Shown: one piece after another, positions 47,701-56,329 of the stretch | Position numbering within the stretch: the first letter of the stretch is position 1 | Layout of the letters: each line of letters starts with the position of its first letter | From: Candidatus Aminicenantes bacterium | GTDB lineage: Bacteria > Acidobacteriota > Aminicenantia > Aminicenantales > UBA8522 | DNA length: 64,000 nt | Direction of reading: 5' to 3' | NCBI GenBank assembly: GCA_963764885.1 | Contig: CAVXUH010000007.1 | Span: forward strand, 634,764 to 698,763 | Translations under genes and position numbers: made by a program | Notes under the pieces: generated by a model | Databases searched by the model: none | What the model saw: the letters and a program-made list of their open reading frames with translations, nothing else | Told to the model about the DNA's origin: nothing

Positions 47701-49028
47701 AAGAACCAGGCGCTGTAGTGCCACCGGCCCAGGGCGTTTACCCCGTGTTCGTCGGCTGGATTCTGGTAGGGCATGTAAACGTGCGGATACCAGAGTTCCC
47801 CGAACCCGCCGTATCTTGCGGAATCCCAGGTGGGATCCTGGGATTGGAGTTGGGAGGCGAAGGTCCCGAGGCGGTTCGTGACGGGCAGCGTGTTGTCCGG
47901 AACAAAGGTCTTGTCCTGGAGGACCAGCGGGATCTGATCGGCGGGAATGATCCCGGAAGCGACCAGGTCCTGCTCGACGGGATCCTGCAGCAGGTAGGCG
48001 GCGGCCTCGCCGACGTAAACGTTGAGGCGCGTGATCCCGAAAGCATGGTCGTGATAGAACATCAGCCGGGCGCTCTGCTGGTTGGAGTAAAAGAACGTCT
48101 GCGCGCCGGGGCCGGGGTCCGGCATGTCGGGGACATTCCGGACGCTCACGCCTTTGGGATAAGAGGTGCTCTCACCGGCGGGAGTGATCCACTGGTGGGG
48201 CGTTCCGTCGCTGATCCAGGGCGTGTTGCCGCCGTGCAGATGAATGGTGGCCCGATTCTGGGTATACATCTCGGTGCCGCCATTGGGGCCCGTCCCCGCG
48301 CCCATGATGGTCGTATCCACGGGGATGAACAAATTGCCGCCGGCGCCCGTCGCGAGTCTGTTGGTGAACTTGACGCGCACGGGCCGGTCCTTCTGGGCGA
48401 TGATCAGGGGTCCCAGGTAATGCGGCGAACCGACCGGGACGCCGCTATTTTCCTGCACATAGCCCCGCATCTTGACGCCCGCGGCCGGGAGGTCCGAGTG
48501 CATCCGCGCCCGATATTCAACGAGCGCGATCTCGTAATAGTCCGAGCCCGGAAAGGCGGTGGTGTTCGGGGTGGCTATTTGGATATACTGACCGAGGTTA
48601 TTCGCCCCCGCGGGCCCGAGGCCCGCCAGCGAATCGACGAACTTGCGCATTCCGCCGGCGATGGCGGTGATGGCACCCGTCGCGTCCCTGGTGACCCTGG
48701 GGAGCGGGCTGTTGGCGTAGTTCGAGTAGATGCCGAAATAGTCCGGCGTTCCGCCGACCGGCGGGACCACATTGGCGATGGATTTGTTCGCCGAAGCCGA
48801 ATCCCTTGCTGCCTTGGCTCGGGCCGCCGCAGCCTTCAGCTCGGCGAGGGTCGGGCGCTTCATCTTGTTGTTCGCGGCGGTGGCTCGGTACGTCGCCTGC
48901 GCGCCGGCGTCCGACGCCGAAGTCATGGTCGGGGCCGCCTGCGACGGGGCGGGACCCTTATCGAACGCCCCGAGCGCGATAAACGCGAACACCAGGGCGA
49001 CTAATACGATTCTTTTTGATTTGGACAT
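44790..49028 (-). CDS. secreted large multicopper oxidase fused to an FN3 domain and a C-terminal 41-aa-blade beta-propeller
   Basis: Sec signal. Copper-ligand motifs HLHGGNTPW, FYHDHAFG, HAVHFHIFE and HCHLLAHEENDMM. FN3-like segment (NLTWTDNSLTETSF...YHYRVYG). Seven or more DFGxxGLW...WTQLSG blades. GGAGG RBS 8 nt upstream of the ATG. Confidence 0.85.
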   Translation of the reverse strand: MSKSKRIVLVALVFAFIALGAFDKGPAPSQAAPTMTSASDAGAQATYRATAANNKMKRPTLAELKAAAARAKAARDSASANKSIANVVPPVGGTPDYFGIYSNYANSPLPRVTRDATGAITAIAGGMRKFVDSLAGLGPAGANNLGQYIQIATPNTTAFPGSDYYEIALVEYRARMHSDLPAAGVKMRGYVQENSGVPVGSPHYLGPLIIAQKDRPVRVKFTNRLATGAGGNLFIPVDTTIMGAGTGPNGGTEMYTQNRATIHLHGGNTPWISDGTPHQWITPAGESTSYPKGVSVRNVPDMPDPGPGAQTFFYSNQQSARLMFYHDHAFGITRLNVYVGEAAAYLLQDPVEQDLVASGIIPADQIPLVLQDKTFVPDNTLPVTNRLGTFASQLQSQDPTWDSARYGGFGELWYPHVYMPYQNPADEHGVNALGRWHYSAWFFPPFMPYHPLPANPYYDPINAPLEPAVIPSTPNPSVVAEGFMDTPVINGTAYPYVVVQPKSYRLRILNAANDRFFNLQMYIADPAVTTFDGRTNTEVKMVPAVPTAAYPPTWPTDGRDGGVPDPATQGPSWIQIGHEGGFLPAPVVIPNQPVDWNRDMGTFDFGNVNTYSLFLGSAERADVIVDFSQYAGKTLILYNDSPAAVPASDPRYDYYTNNEDLTDVGGAPSTVAGFGPNTRTIMQIRVAAGVPAAPYNLTALQAAFATTGTTPGAFAASQHQIVVPNAVYNSAYNMIFPSNSYVHIGDTTMTFTPIGAAAPVTLPLEPKAIHDEMGGVFDPQYGRMAAKLGLHLPLSVGNAQTFLLYDYVHPPVELITPSIYGSPIGVLGDGTQLWKIAQNGVDTHAVHFHIFEVQLINRVAWDNNVRKPDANELGWKDTIKINPLQDTIVALRPIAPVLPFKIPNSVRPLAPSEPLGTVLDAVPALADPAGNPVTVVNHPVNFGWEYVWHCHLLAHEENDMMHAVALGLPPEAPSNLQAALGANAVNLTWTDNSLTETSFTIERATDAGFTANFATFAAAADATTFSDTTVQGATTYHYRVYGTNVIGDTTVYPAPSIGFPTKAVASAYSNAATIATGSVISGNAGTGQHASGDFDGDGLKDLAVDFGANGLWLYSDGAWSQLSAFNPETLVSVDLNGDGRDEIIADFGIVGLWHRDGTVWTQLSGFDVQSLAAGNVDADASQELVADFGAVGLWLLNGTSWTQLSGVNADQVMVGDITGTTAAEIVGDFGAVGLWYWSAGNWHILTGVNVETMALGRKAVGGYVAGDFGAVGLWRWDAAWTQLSGVNVESIITANTNGNQVDEIIGDFGPTGLFTWEANVWTQLSGVNVDSVIRCDVNGDGIDEIAGDFAALGVWLQTAGVFNQIDVRNPEIMLAADVDGDSADEILMSFPGLGTWMWNNAAAVQINAMNLQ

Positions 49029-49528
49029 GTCTCATTCCTCCTTGATTCCTAAACCCGAAGACAATTCATCGAACTGTCCCCATGCTATAGATTCCTGTGT
49101 AGCCCCTATGGTAGACCCATTATCCTCCTTATTTTCCGGCCTGATTGACAACCGTCGCTTCCTCTTGTAGTTAGTCCTAGCAAAAATCGTGCCAGACCGG
49201 ACATCTCTCTATGTCACATCCTCAAGAACCCGCTCCCCGAGGGATGGGAAAGAATCGCCCGTCCATATAAACCTATTGAGCGAGAGGCACATTCGGGCAT
49301 TTTGGGGCCCCGGGCCATGAAAATCCTTCTCCCGGCCGAGAATCCAGTCAGCCGGGCCTGCCGACGCCGGCCGCGCCCGGCCGCCGGCGCCCCGTCGGCC
49401 ATCAGCCGGGCCGTCACGCTGGCGCTTGTCTTGGGGGATAGGACGTTTCCTGAATGGAAGGACTGCCCGCGCGGCCGCCGGCCGCCCCGTCAGCGGGCCG
49501 GATGGCTGCCGCAAACTTGGCATAGAGA

Positions 49529-50914
49529 TTGCATTCCCAACGAGAGTCTGGGAAAATATCGCCTGTGAAAAGAATTATCTACGCCGGGGTGGCCGTGCTG
49601 CTGATCGTGGCCGGGTTTATCGTCGGCGCTTGGATCACCCGCCGCAATATCACAGGTGGGATGCCAGCCGCCAAGTCCGGCGCGGGCCTCGTCGCCGGTG
49701 AACCCGGTGACGGCGAGGCGGGTGAATTTTCTCCCGGCGCGGTGAATATCAACCCCCGCAAACAGCAGCTCACCGGCATCCGCGTCGCCGAGGTCAAGAA
49801 AGAGACGGCGAACCATTCCCTCCGCGTGCTCGGCCGCGTGGCGGTCGACAACACTCGGCTCTACATCGTGAACGCGACGACGAGAGGCTGGTTCCTGTCT
49901 CTCGCCCCTGTTACACCCGGCGCCATGGTCAAAAAGGGCGAGGTCCTGGGTTCGTTCTACGCGCCGGAGCTGTTGAGAACCGTCCAGACCTATCTCAGCG
50001 ACACTTTCACCCTCGACAGGTTGAAGGGTAACCCGGAAGCGCCCGCTTTCAAGTCGGCCCAGTTTTCCGTCGCCCAGGACAGGGATCTCCTCATCAGCAT
50101 GGGCATGGGCGAGAGGCAGCTCCAGGAGATCGCCAGGACCAGGGAATGGGACCCGCACGTCGACCTCGTCTCGCCCACGACCGGGATCGTCATCGCCTGG
50201 AACGTCTTTCCGGCATTGAAATTCGCCGAGGGCACGGAGTTCTTCCGGATCGCCGACCTGAGCCGCGTCTGGATCCTGCTCGACGTCTTCGAGAACGAAA
50301 CCAAATACCTTAGACCGGGTGTGAAATCGAGTGTGTCGCTGGCCGGCCAGCCGGTCACCTTCGAAGCGGTCGTCAGCAACGTCCTGCCGCTCTTTGACCC
50401 GGTCAGCCGGACGATGAAGGTCCGGCTTGAGGCGAACAACCCGGGGTATGTCCTCCGGCCCGACATGTTTGTGGACGTCGAGCTGCCGCTTCGGCTGCCG
50501 GAGTCGATCGCCGTGCCGGCGGACGCCGTGCTCGACTCGGGCCTTAAAAAGACCGTCTTCGTCGAGCGCAGCGAGGGTTACTTCGAGCCGAGGGAAGTCC
50601 AGACCGGCTGGAAGCTGGGCAACCAGGTCGAGATCGTCAAGGGGCTCGAGCCCGGGGAGCGGATCGTCGTTTCGGGCACTTTTCTGATCGATTCCGAGAG
50701 CCGGATGGAGACGGCCGTCGCCGGGATGCAGGAAAGCCTGGCCCGGGACCCGGTCTGCGGGGTTCCCGTTTCCGTCAAGAAGGCCGAAGACGCCGGCCGG
50801 AAGAGCACGCGCTCGGGGAAAACCTATTATTTTTGTTCCGCTGAGTGCAAGGCCAAGTTCGACGAAAATCCTGAGAAATACGCTGAACTTCCGGCCAATC
50901 CGGCCCCGAAGTGA
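49529..50914 (+). CDS. efflux membrane-fusion protein (CusB/HlyD-like periplasmic adaptor) with C-terminal YHS/TRASH copper-binding domain
   Basis: N-terminal TM anchor, then MFP beta-barrel/lipoyl/alpha-hairpin regions. C-terminal DPVCGVPV...YYFCSAECKAKF (YHS). Start may instead be the GTG near 49565. Confidence 0.8.
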   Translation: MHSQRESGKISPVKRIIYAGVAVLLIVAGFIVGAWITRRNITGGMPAAKSGAGLVAGEPGDGEAGEFSPGAVNINPRKQQLTGIRVAEVKKETANHSLRVLGRVAVDNTRLYIVNATTRGWFLSLAPVTPGAMVKKGEVLGSFYAPELLRTVQTYLSDTFTLDRLKGNPEAPAFKSAQFSVAQDRDLLISMGMGERQLQEIARTREWDPHVDLVSPTTGIVIAWNVFPALKFAEGTEFFRIADLSRVWILLDVFENETKYLRPGVKSSVSLAGQPVTFEAVVSNVLPLFDPVSRTMKVRLEANNPGYVLRPDMFVDVELPLRLPESIAVPADAVLDSGLKKTVFVERSEGYFEPREVQTGWKLGNQVEIVKGLEPGERIVVSGTFLIDSESRMETAVAGMQESLARDPVCGVPVSVKKAEDAGRKSTRSGKTYYFCSAECKAKFDENPEKYAELPANPAPK

Positions 50915-51006
50915 TAATGAACTGCATCAAAGACCTGCCGTTGAGCAGCAGGGTGCATTAGCCGGAGTCCGTTTCGAAAAGTCCAAATAACCATGCACGG
51001 GGCGGG

Positions 51007-53402
51007 CTAATCCGGATTCAGACTGCTGATCTGGGACCAGGCGCCGTCGTTCAAGAGCCAGAGGCCGAGGGAACCGAAGTCGGCAGCGATTTCGTCTTTG
51101 TTGTCCCCGTCCACATCGCCGGCCATCATATAGTCGGGGTTCACGCCGCTGATTTGGGTCCAAGCACCGCCGTCGACCAGCCACAGCCCGGTGCCCCCGA
51201 AATCGCCGACGATGGCGTGATCTCCGTCGCCGTCGGTGTCGGCCTTGATCAGGTACTCCGCGGCCAGGCCGCTGAGCTGCGTCCAGCTAAAACCATCGAA
51301 AGACCAGAGGCCGGTCAGGCCGAAGGCCCCCACGAGCTCATCCTCGCCGTTCCCGTTGAGGTCGGCCGTCATCACGTAGGAGGCGTTGACCCCGGAGAGC
51401 TGCGTCCAGGCGCCGCCCTGCCACAGCCATAGGCCGAGCGCCCCGAAATCGCCGACGAGGTACGTTCCCCCGGCCCAGTCGCCGGATGTCATGTAATCGG
51501 CGTTCACCCCGCTGAGCTGGGTCCAGGCGCCGCCGTTCCACAGCCACAGCCCGACGGCGCCGAAGTCGCCGATGATCTCGTCCCCGTCCAAGCCGTTGAC
51601 GTTGGCGACGGTCACTTGTTCAACATTGACGCCGCTGAGCTGGGTCCAGGCGCCGCCGTTATTGAGCCAGAGGCCGACGGCGCCGAAGTCGCCGACGACC
51701 TCGTCCGCGCCGTCGACATCGACATCCCCGGCCGCCAGGCTGTCGACGTTGACGCCGCTCAACTGATTCCAGGCGCCCGCGTTCCACAGCCACAGCCCTC
51801 CGCCGCCGAGGTCGGCGAGGATCTCGTCGACGCTGTCGCCGTCGACGTCGGCGGCGACCAGGCTCTCGGGGTTGGCCGCCGTGAGCTGCGACCAGGAGCC
51901 GCCGTTATACAGCCAGGCGCCCGTCGCCCCGAAGTCCACGGCGAGCTCGGCGGCCCCGTCGCCGTCAAAATCTCCCACGGTATGCCGCCGCCGCCACACC
52001 GGGTCCTCGCCGAGCTTAACCAGGTAGGCATCGTAGAGGCCAGAAAAGGCGCGGATCGGGGTGCCGAAGGATCCCTCGCTTGTCCCCGTCACGAAGGTGC
52101 CGCCCGCCCCGTCCACGGCAATGCCCATGCCCCAGTAGTTGATCGCCCAATCGGTGCTCGGCAAAAAGGTGTTCCAAGCCAGGGTGCCGCCGCCGTCGAG
52201 CTTGGCCGCGAAGATGTCCGGGCCGTCGAGCCCATAGTAGGGGTTCGCTGGAGTCCCCCAACCCGCGTAGCTGTAGCCGCCCACAAAGACGTTGCCGCTG
52301 CCGTCCACGGCGATCGCCTCGGCCATGTCCATGTCGGCGCCCCCGAGGAAAGAGTTCCACAGGAGGCCGCCGCCCGCGCTGAGCTTGGCAGCGAAACCGT
52401 CCATGGATCCTGCAAAGGGATTGACCGGCGAGCCCCAGGAATCGTTGCTCAGGCCGGCGATATAGATATCCCCCTTGACGTCGGTCTCGATGCGATAGGC
52501 GACGACATTGTTGCCCGGGGAGCCCAGGAAGGTGTTCCACACCGGCGCGCCTCCGCCGTCGAACTTGGCGACGAACGCGTCCGAATTGCCCGTAAAGGGA
52601 CGGATGGGCGAGCCCCAGGACGAGTCGCTCGTGCCCGTGACGAAAGCGCCGCCGCTCTCGTCCGCCGCCACATCCCAGGCGGTAGCGCCTTCCGAGCCTC
52701 CGAAAAACGTGTTCCACTGGAGCGCGCCGGCGCCGTTGAGCCTGGCCAGGAAACTATCGTAATCGGAGAACGGCGCGACCGGCGTCCCCCAGGTGGCCAC
52801 GCTTTCCCCGCAGACATAGATGTTCCCTGAGCCATCAACGGCGATCGCCCCGGGCGTATCGCTCTGGTCGCCCCCGAGGAAGGTGCTCCATTGCAGGCCG
52901 CCGTTGGCGTCGAGCTTGGCGGCCCAGATATCATGCATCCCTCCCTGGAAGGCCCGGACCGGGGAGCCCCAAGTGAGGTTGGCCGTGCCGGCGACATAGA
53001 CGTTGCCGGCCGGATCGAGGGCGATCGAGTGGGACATGTCGTCGCCGTCCCCCCCAGGAACGTGTTCCAGAGCAGGGCGCCGCCCGGGCTCAGCTTGGCG
53101 ACGAAGGCGTCAAAATTGGCGCCGGAGTAAGCGCGGACCGGCGTGCCCCAGGAATAATTGCTGATGCCGACAACGTAGATATTCTTGTTGGCATCCAGGA
53201 CGACGGCGTGGCCATGGCTTTCGATCGCCCCGCCCAGGAACGTATTCCAGATGAGGAATGGGCCGGCCGCCGGCAAGGGGTTGGCCGCCGCCCCGCTGAC
53301 TTGGGCGGCCGAGAGAGTTCCCCCGGTCGGCATGATCATGTCATGGATGGGAAACAGGCACAGAGCGATGCCGATGATGATAGTCCTGGAAAGCGCCTTT
53401 GT
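51007..53402 (-). CDS. secreted SBBP-repeat plus 41-aa-blade beta-propeller protein (1-nt deletion in a C7/G7 run near 53049-53055 splits the reading frame)
   Basis: Signal peptide MTKALSRTIIIGIALCLF. SBBP repeats (WNTFLGG...DxSGNxYVxGxS...WGxP...DAFVAKL) x5, then 10 or more propeller blades. ORFs 52449..53714 and 51007..53037 join if the homopolymer is 8 nt. Confidence 0.7.
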
Positions 53403-53757
53403 CATGATCCCCTCCTCTCCCTCGGCACCTCGCGAGTGCCTTGAACGAAACCGGGCGGCCGCGATGCCGCAGATGACCTCGGTCTTCTGCAAATGGGCAA
53501 TGGCAGAATATAAATCCCTGAGGCGGATGTCAATATGCCTTCCCTGGCAACAGCATCGTGCCGGCTGGGCCGGTCGAAGAGATGGGCGTGATCCGTGTGG
53601 GGACCGAAATTTGCCGATAGAAAAATGCCAACACGATCGAAGCGTGGTGATCTCAACAACCGACAATGAGATGGCCACGTCCCCGTGGGAGACTCGCAAT
53701 GACATATAAGTCAACGACTTCTGTTTCTATCGGCAATCTTGGGCGGGGAGGGGGCGA

Positions 53758-53786
53758 TTGACAAACGGTTTTTCCCGCCCTATTCT
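53758..53786 (+). promoter_or_regulatory. candidate sigma70 promoter (TTGACA-17-TATTCT) upstream of the 53930 gene
   Basis: ttgaca at 53758-53763, a 17-nt spacer and tattct at 53781-53786. Confidence 0.35.
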
Positions 53787-53929
53787 CTGGGCATCCGCCG
53801 CGGCATATAACGGCGCCCCACACGTCCCGATAACTTTGCCGATGCCGCAGAGAAAGCCTGCCTTCGGCGGCGCCGCGGTGTTATGAAATGACCGTTGACC
53901 GTCATCCTTGGAGACACTGAAGACAGAAG

Positions 53930-54403
53930 ATGAACTCTCAGCGCCTTCTTTGCGGCATAGTCATGATTGCCCTGGCCGGCGCGGGGAGGGCGGCGGCCGG
54001 CCCTCCGGACTTCTCGGGCACCTGGGCCCTGAACGCCTACCGGAGCGAGCTCGCCGGCGAGCGGCCGCCCCAGAGCAAGGTGCAGCGGGTCGAGCACAAA
54101 GGGACCGAACTTGTCGTTACGATCGATGAGATCAACGAGCGGGGGACGGTACACGGTGTTGCCCGCTACACGACCGACGGTCAGGATGCCGTCAACGATG
54201 TGCTGGGCAACCCGATGACCTCGGCCATCAGCTGGGATGGCGCAGTCATGGTCATGCGGACGTGGGGCAAGTTCGGCAACACGGACATTATGCTCATCGA
54301 CAAGTGGGCGCTTTCCCCCGATGGCAAGACGCTGACCATCGCCCGCCAGTTCCAGGGTCAGGGGCGGGCCGTCGACCAGACGCTTGTTTTTGACCGCCAG
54401 TGA
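53930..54403 (+). CDS. small secreted hypothetical protein
   Basis: Signal peptide (LLCGIVMIALAGAGRAAAG). 157 aa, beta-rich. A sigma70-like promoter candidate lies upstream. Confidence 0.5.
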   Translation: MNSQRLLCGIVMIALAGAGRAAAGPPDFSGTWALNAYRSELAGERPPQSKVQRVEHKGTELVVTIDEINERGTVHGVARYTTDGQDAVNDVLGNPMTSAISWDGAVMVMRTWGKFGNTDIMLIDKWALSPDGKTLTIARQFQGQGRAVDQTLVFDRQ

Positions 54404-54504
54404 ACGGGCCGGCGCGACTTATTCCCTTGCCCCGCTGAAGTGATCACCGTTCGCCGCCGTGAAAACGGCCGTGCTGAAGCCTGTCTCGGGGAATAAAAAG
54501 AATT

Positions 54505-54532
54505 GGGGAATTGATATCCTGTCACCAATTGA
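54505..54532. repeat. third copy of the motif GGGGAATTGATA(A/T)CCTGTCACCAATT, abutting the stop codon of the SSS transporter gene
   Basis: ggggaattgatatcctgtcaccaattga versus 18425-18452 ggggaattgataacctgtcaccaattcg. On the minus strand it is followed by a T-run (CCCCAATTCTTTTTATT). Confidence 0.6.
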
Positions 54533-56158
54533 TCAGCGCATCCACCAGTAGATGCCGATGGTGATGAGACTGAGGACGGCGAGCTGAAGCCGCCAATCTT
54601 TCCAGCCCTCGAACGACTCCCATTTGGCCTTCCAGTTGAAAGTTGTCGTCTCGAGCTTCTCGGGCGGCGATTTTTTGGTGAACGCCGAAACCAGGAACAG
54701 CACGGCGATGATGATGAGCGTCCCCCACACGCCGCGCCAGGTGTAATTCTCGGTCATTGTGTAGTGCAGGAATGGGAAGGCGGCTTTCGCCGCCGCGGGC
54801 CCGCTGATCATGCCGATGATCTGGTCGGTGACGTAGAGAGCGGCCACGCCGAACCCGGCCACGAACGAGGCCATCGCGCCCGCCACGGTCACCCTTTTGC
54901 TCGTGACGCCGAAGAAAATGCCGGGGAAGAGCGGCATGACGAGGAACATCGACATGGCCTGGAGGTACTTATACAGGCCTTCCTGGTTCTTGTAGACGAG
55001 ATAGGCGGCGCTGATGCCCAGGCAGGTGATAACGGCGATCGCCACCCGGCCCCAGAAGACCTGGGCTTTCTCCGATGTCTTCGGCCGCGACCGCACGATG
55101 AAGTCCTTGACCACAAGGGTCGAGGTCGAGTTCATGACCGAAAGGATCGACGAGATGAGGGCCGCCAGGAGCGCCGCCAGGACCATCCCCCGCAGGCCGG
55201 ACGGCAGGATGTTGTTGAGAAAGGTGATGAAGGTCGTCTTGGGCTCCTGGCCCGGATAGAGCGCCGCGCAGATCACGCCGGGCATGGCGAAGATGAACAC
55301 CGGCAGGAGCTTGAGCAGGGTCGAGAACATCGCCCCCCAGCGGGCCTGCCTGAGGTTCGGGGCGCCCAGCAGCCGTTGGACGTTCACTTGGTCCATACCC
55401 CAATAAAAAGTGCCGGCGGCGAACGAGGTGATGATGACGCCCCAGAACGGGAAATTCGGGTCGGTCACCGGCTTGGCGATGTGCATCATCTCCGGGACTT
55501 TAGCCTGGAGGCCCGCCCAGCCGCCGGCCTTGACCAGGCCGATGACGAACCCGGCGCCCGATCCGACGACCATGATCAGCGTCTGGATGGAATCGGTGTA
55601 GGCCACGGCGGCGAACCCGCCGATGATGGTGACCACGGCGCAGATGATCCCCAGGCCGATGACGACCTTCATGACCCCCCAGCCGACCAGGCTGTTGAGG
55701 ACGAGCGCCCCTGCGAAAAGGCAGAAGGCCATCTTGGTCATGATCGAGATAACGAGCATCAGCCCCGAAAAAAACGAGCGGGCCGCGCGGTTGAACCGGA
55801 GCTCAAGGAACCCCGGAATGGTGAAGACCTTGTTTTTTATGTACTGGGGAAGGAGGAAGGCGCAGGTCATCCCGAGCGTGATGGCCGTCGTCAGCTCGAC
55901 CGACGAGGCGCTGATGCCGTAGCGGTAGGCATCCCCGGAGAGGCCGACCAGGTGCTCGGCGCCGATGTTCGTCGCGAACAGCGACGCCCCGACGATCGGC
56001 CAGGCCAGGCGGCGGCCCGCCAGGAAAAACGAGCTCGAATCGGCCGACGACCGCATCCGGGCCGAGATGTAGAGACCGGCGGCGAGGCTGATGGCGATCA
56101 GGGCGATGCAGATCGCCCAGTCCCAGCCGGTCAGTGAGAGGCGGGCGCTGAAATCCAT
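54533..56158 (-). CDS. sodium:solute symporter family (SSS/SLC5) transporter
   Basis: 13-14 TM helices. SSS signature region FFLAGRRLAWPIVGASLFATNIGAEHLVGLSG. Confidence 0.85.
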   Translation of the reverse strand: MDFSARLSLTGWDWAICIALIAISLAAGLYISARMRSSADSSSFFLAGRRLAWPIVGASLFATNIGAEHLVGLSGDAYRYGISASSVELTTAITLGMTCAFLLPQYIKNKVFTIPGFLELRFNRAARSFFSGLMLVISIMTKMAFCLFAGALVLNSLVGWGVMKVVIGLGIICAVVTIIGGFAAVAYTDSIQTLIMVVGSGAGFVIGLVKAGGWAGLQAKVPEMMHIAKPVTDPNFPFWGVIITSFAAGTFYWGMDQVNVQRLLGAPNLRQARWGAMFSTLLKLLPVFIFAMPGVICAALYPGQEPKTTFITFLNNILPSGLRGMVLAALLAALISSILSVMNSTSTLVVKDFIVRSRPKTSEKAQVFWGRVAIAVITCLGISAAYLVYKNQEGLYKYLQAMSMFLVMPLFPGIFFGVTSKRVTVAGAMASFVAGFGVAALYVTDQIIGMISGPAAAKAAFPFLHYTMTENYTWRGVWGTLIIIAVLFLVSAFTKKSPPEKLETTTFNWKAKWESFEGWKDWRLQLAVLSLITIGIYWWMR

Positions 56159-56329
56159 CTCGTTTCCTCCGAGCCGGCCATTATAGCAAATACTTTACGC
56201 AACAATAGCAGTTATTATTAGATAACGATAGCACCTCTTTTTATGTGAGAATAAGTTCGATAAAAAGAGATATACCCTGAGATGAATCGGGCGAGTCAGG
56301 CGGTATCCGGCCTGGCGTCCTGCGGCGGC

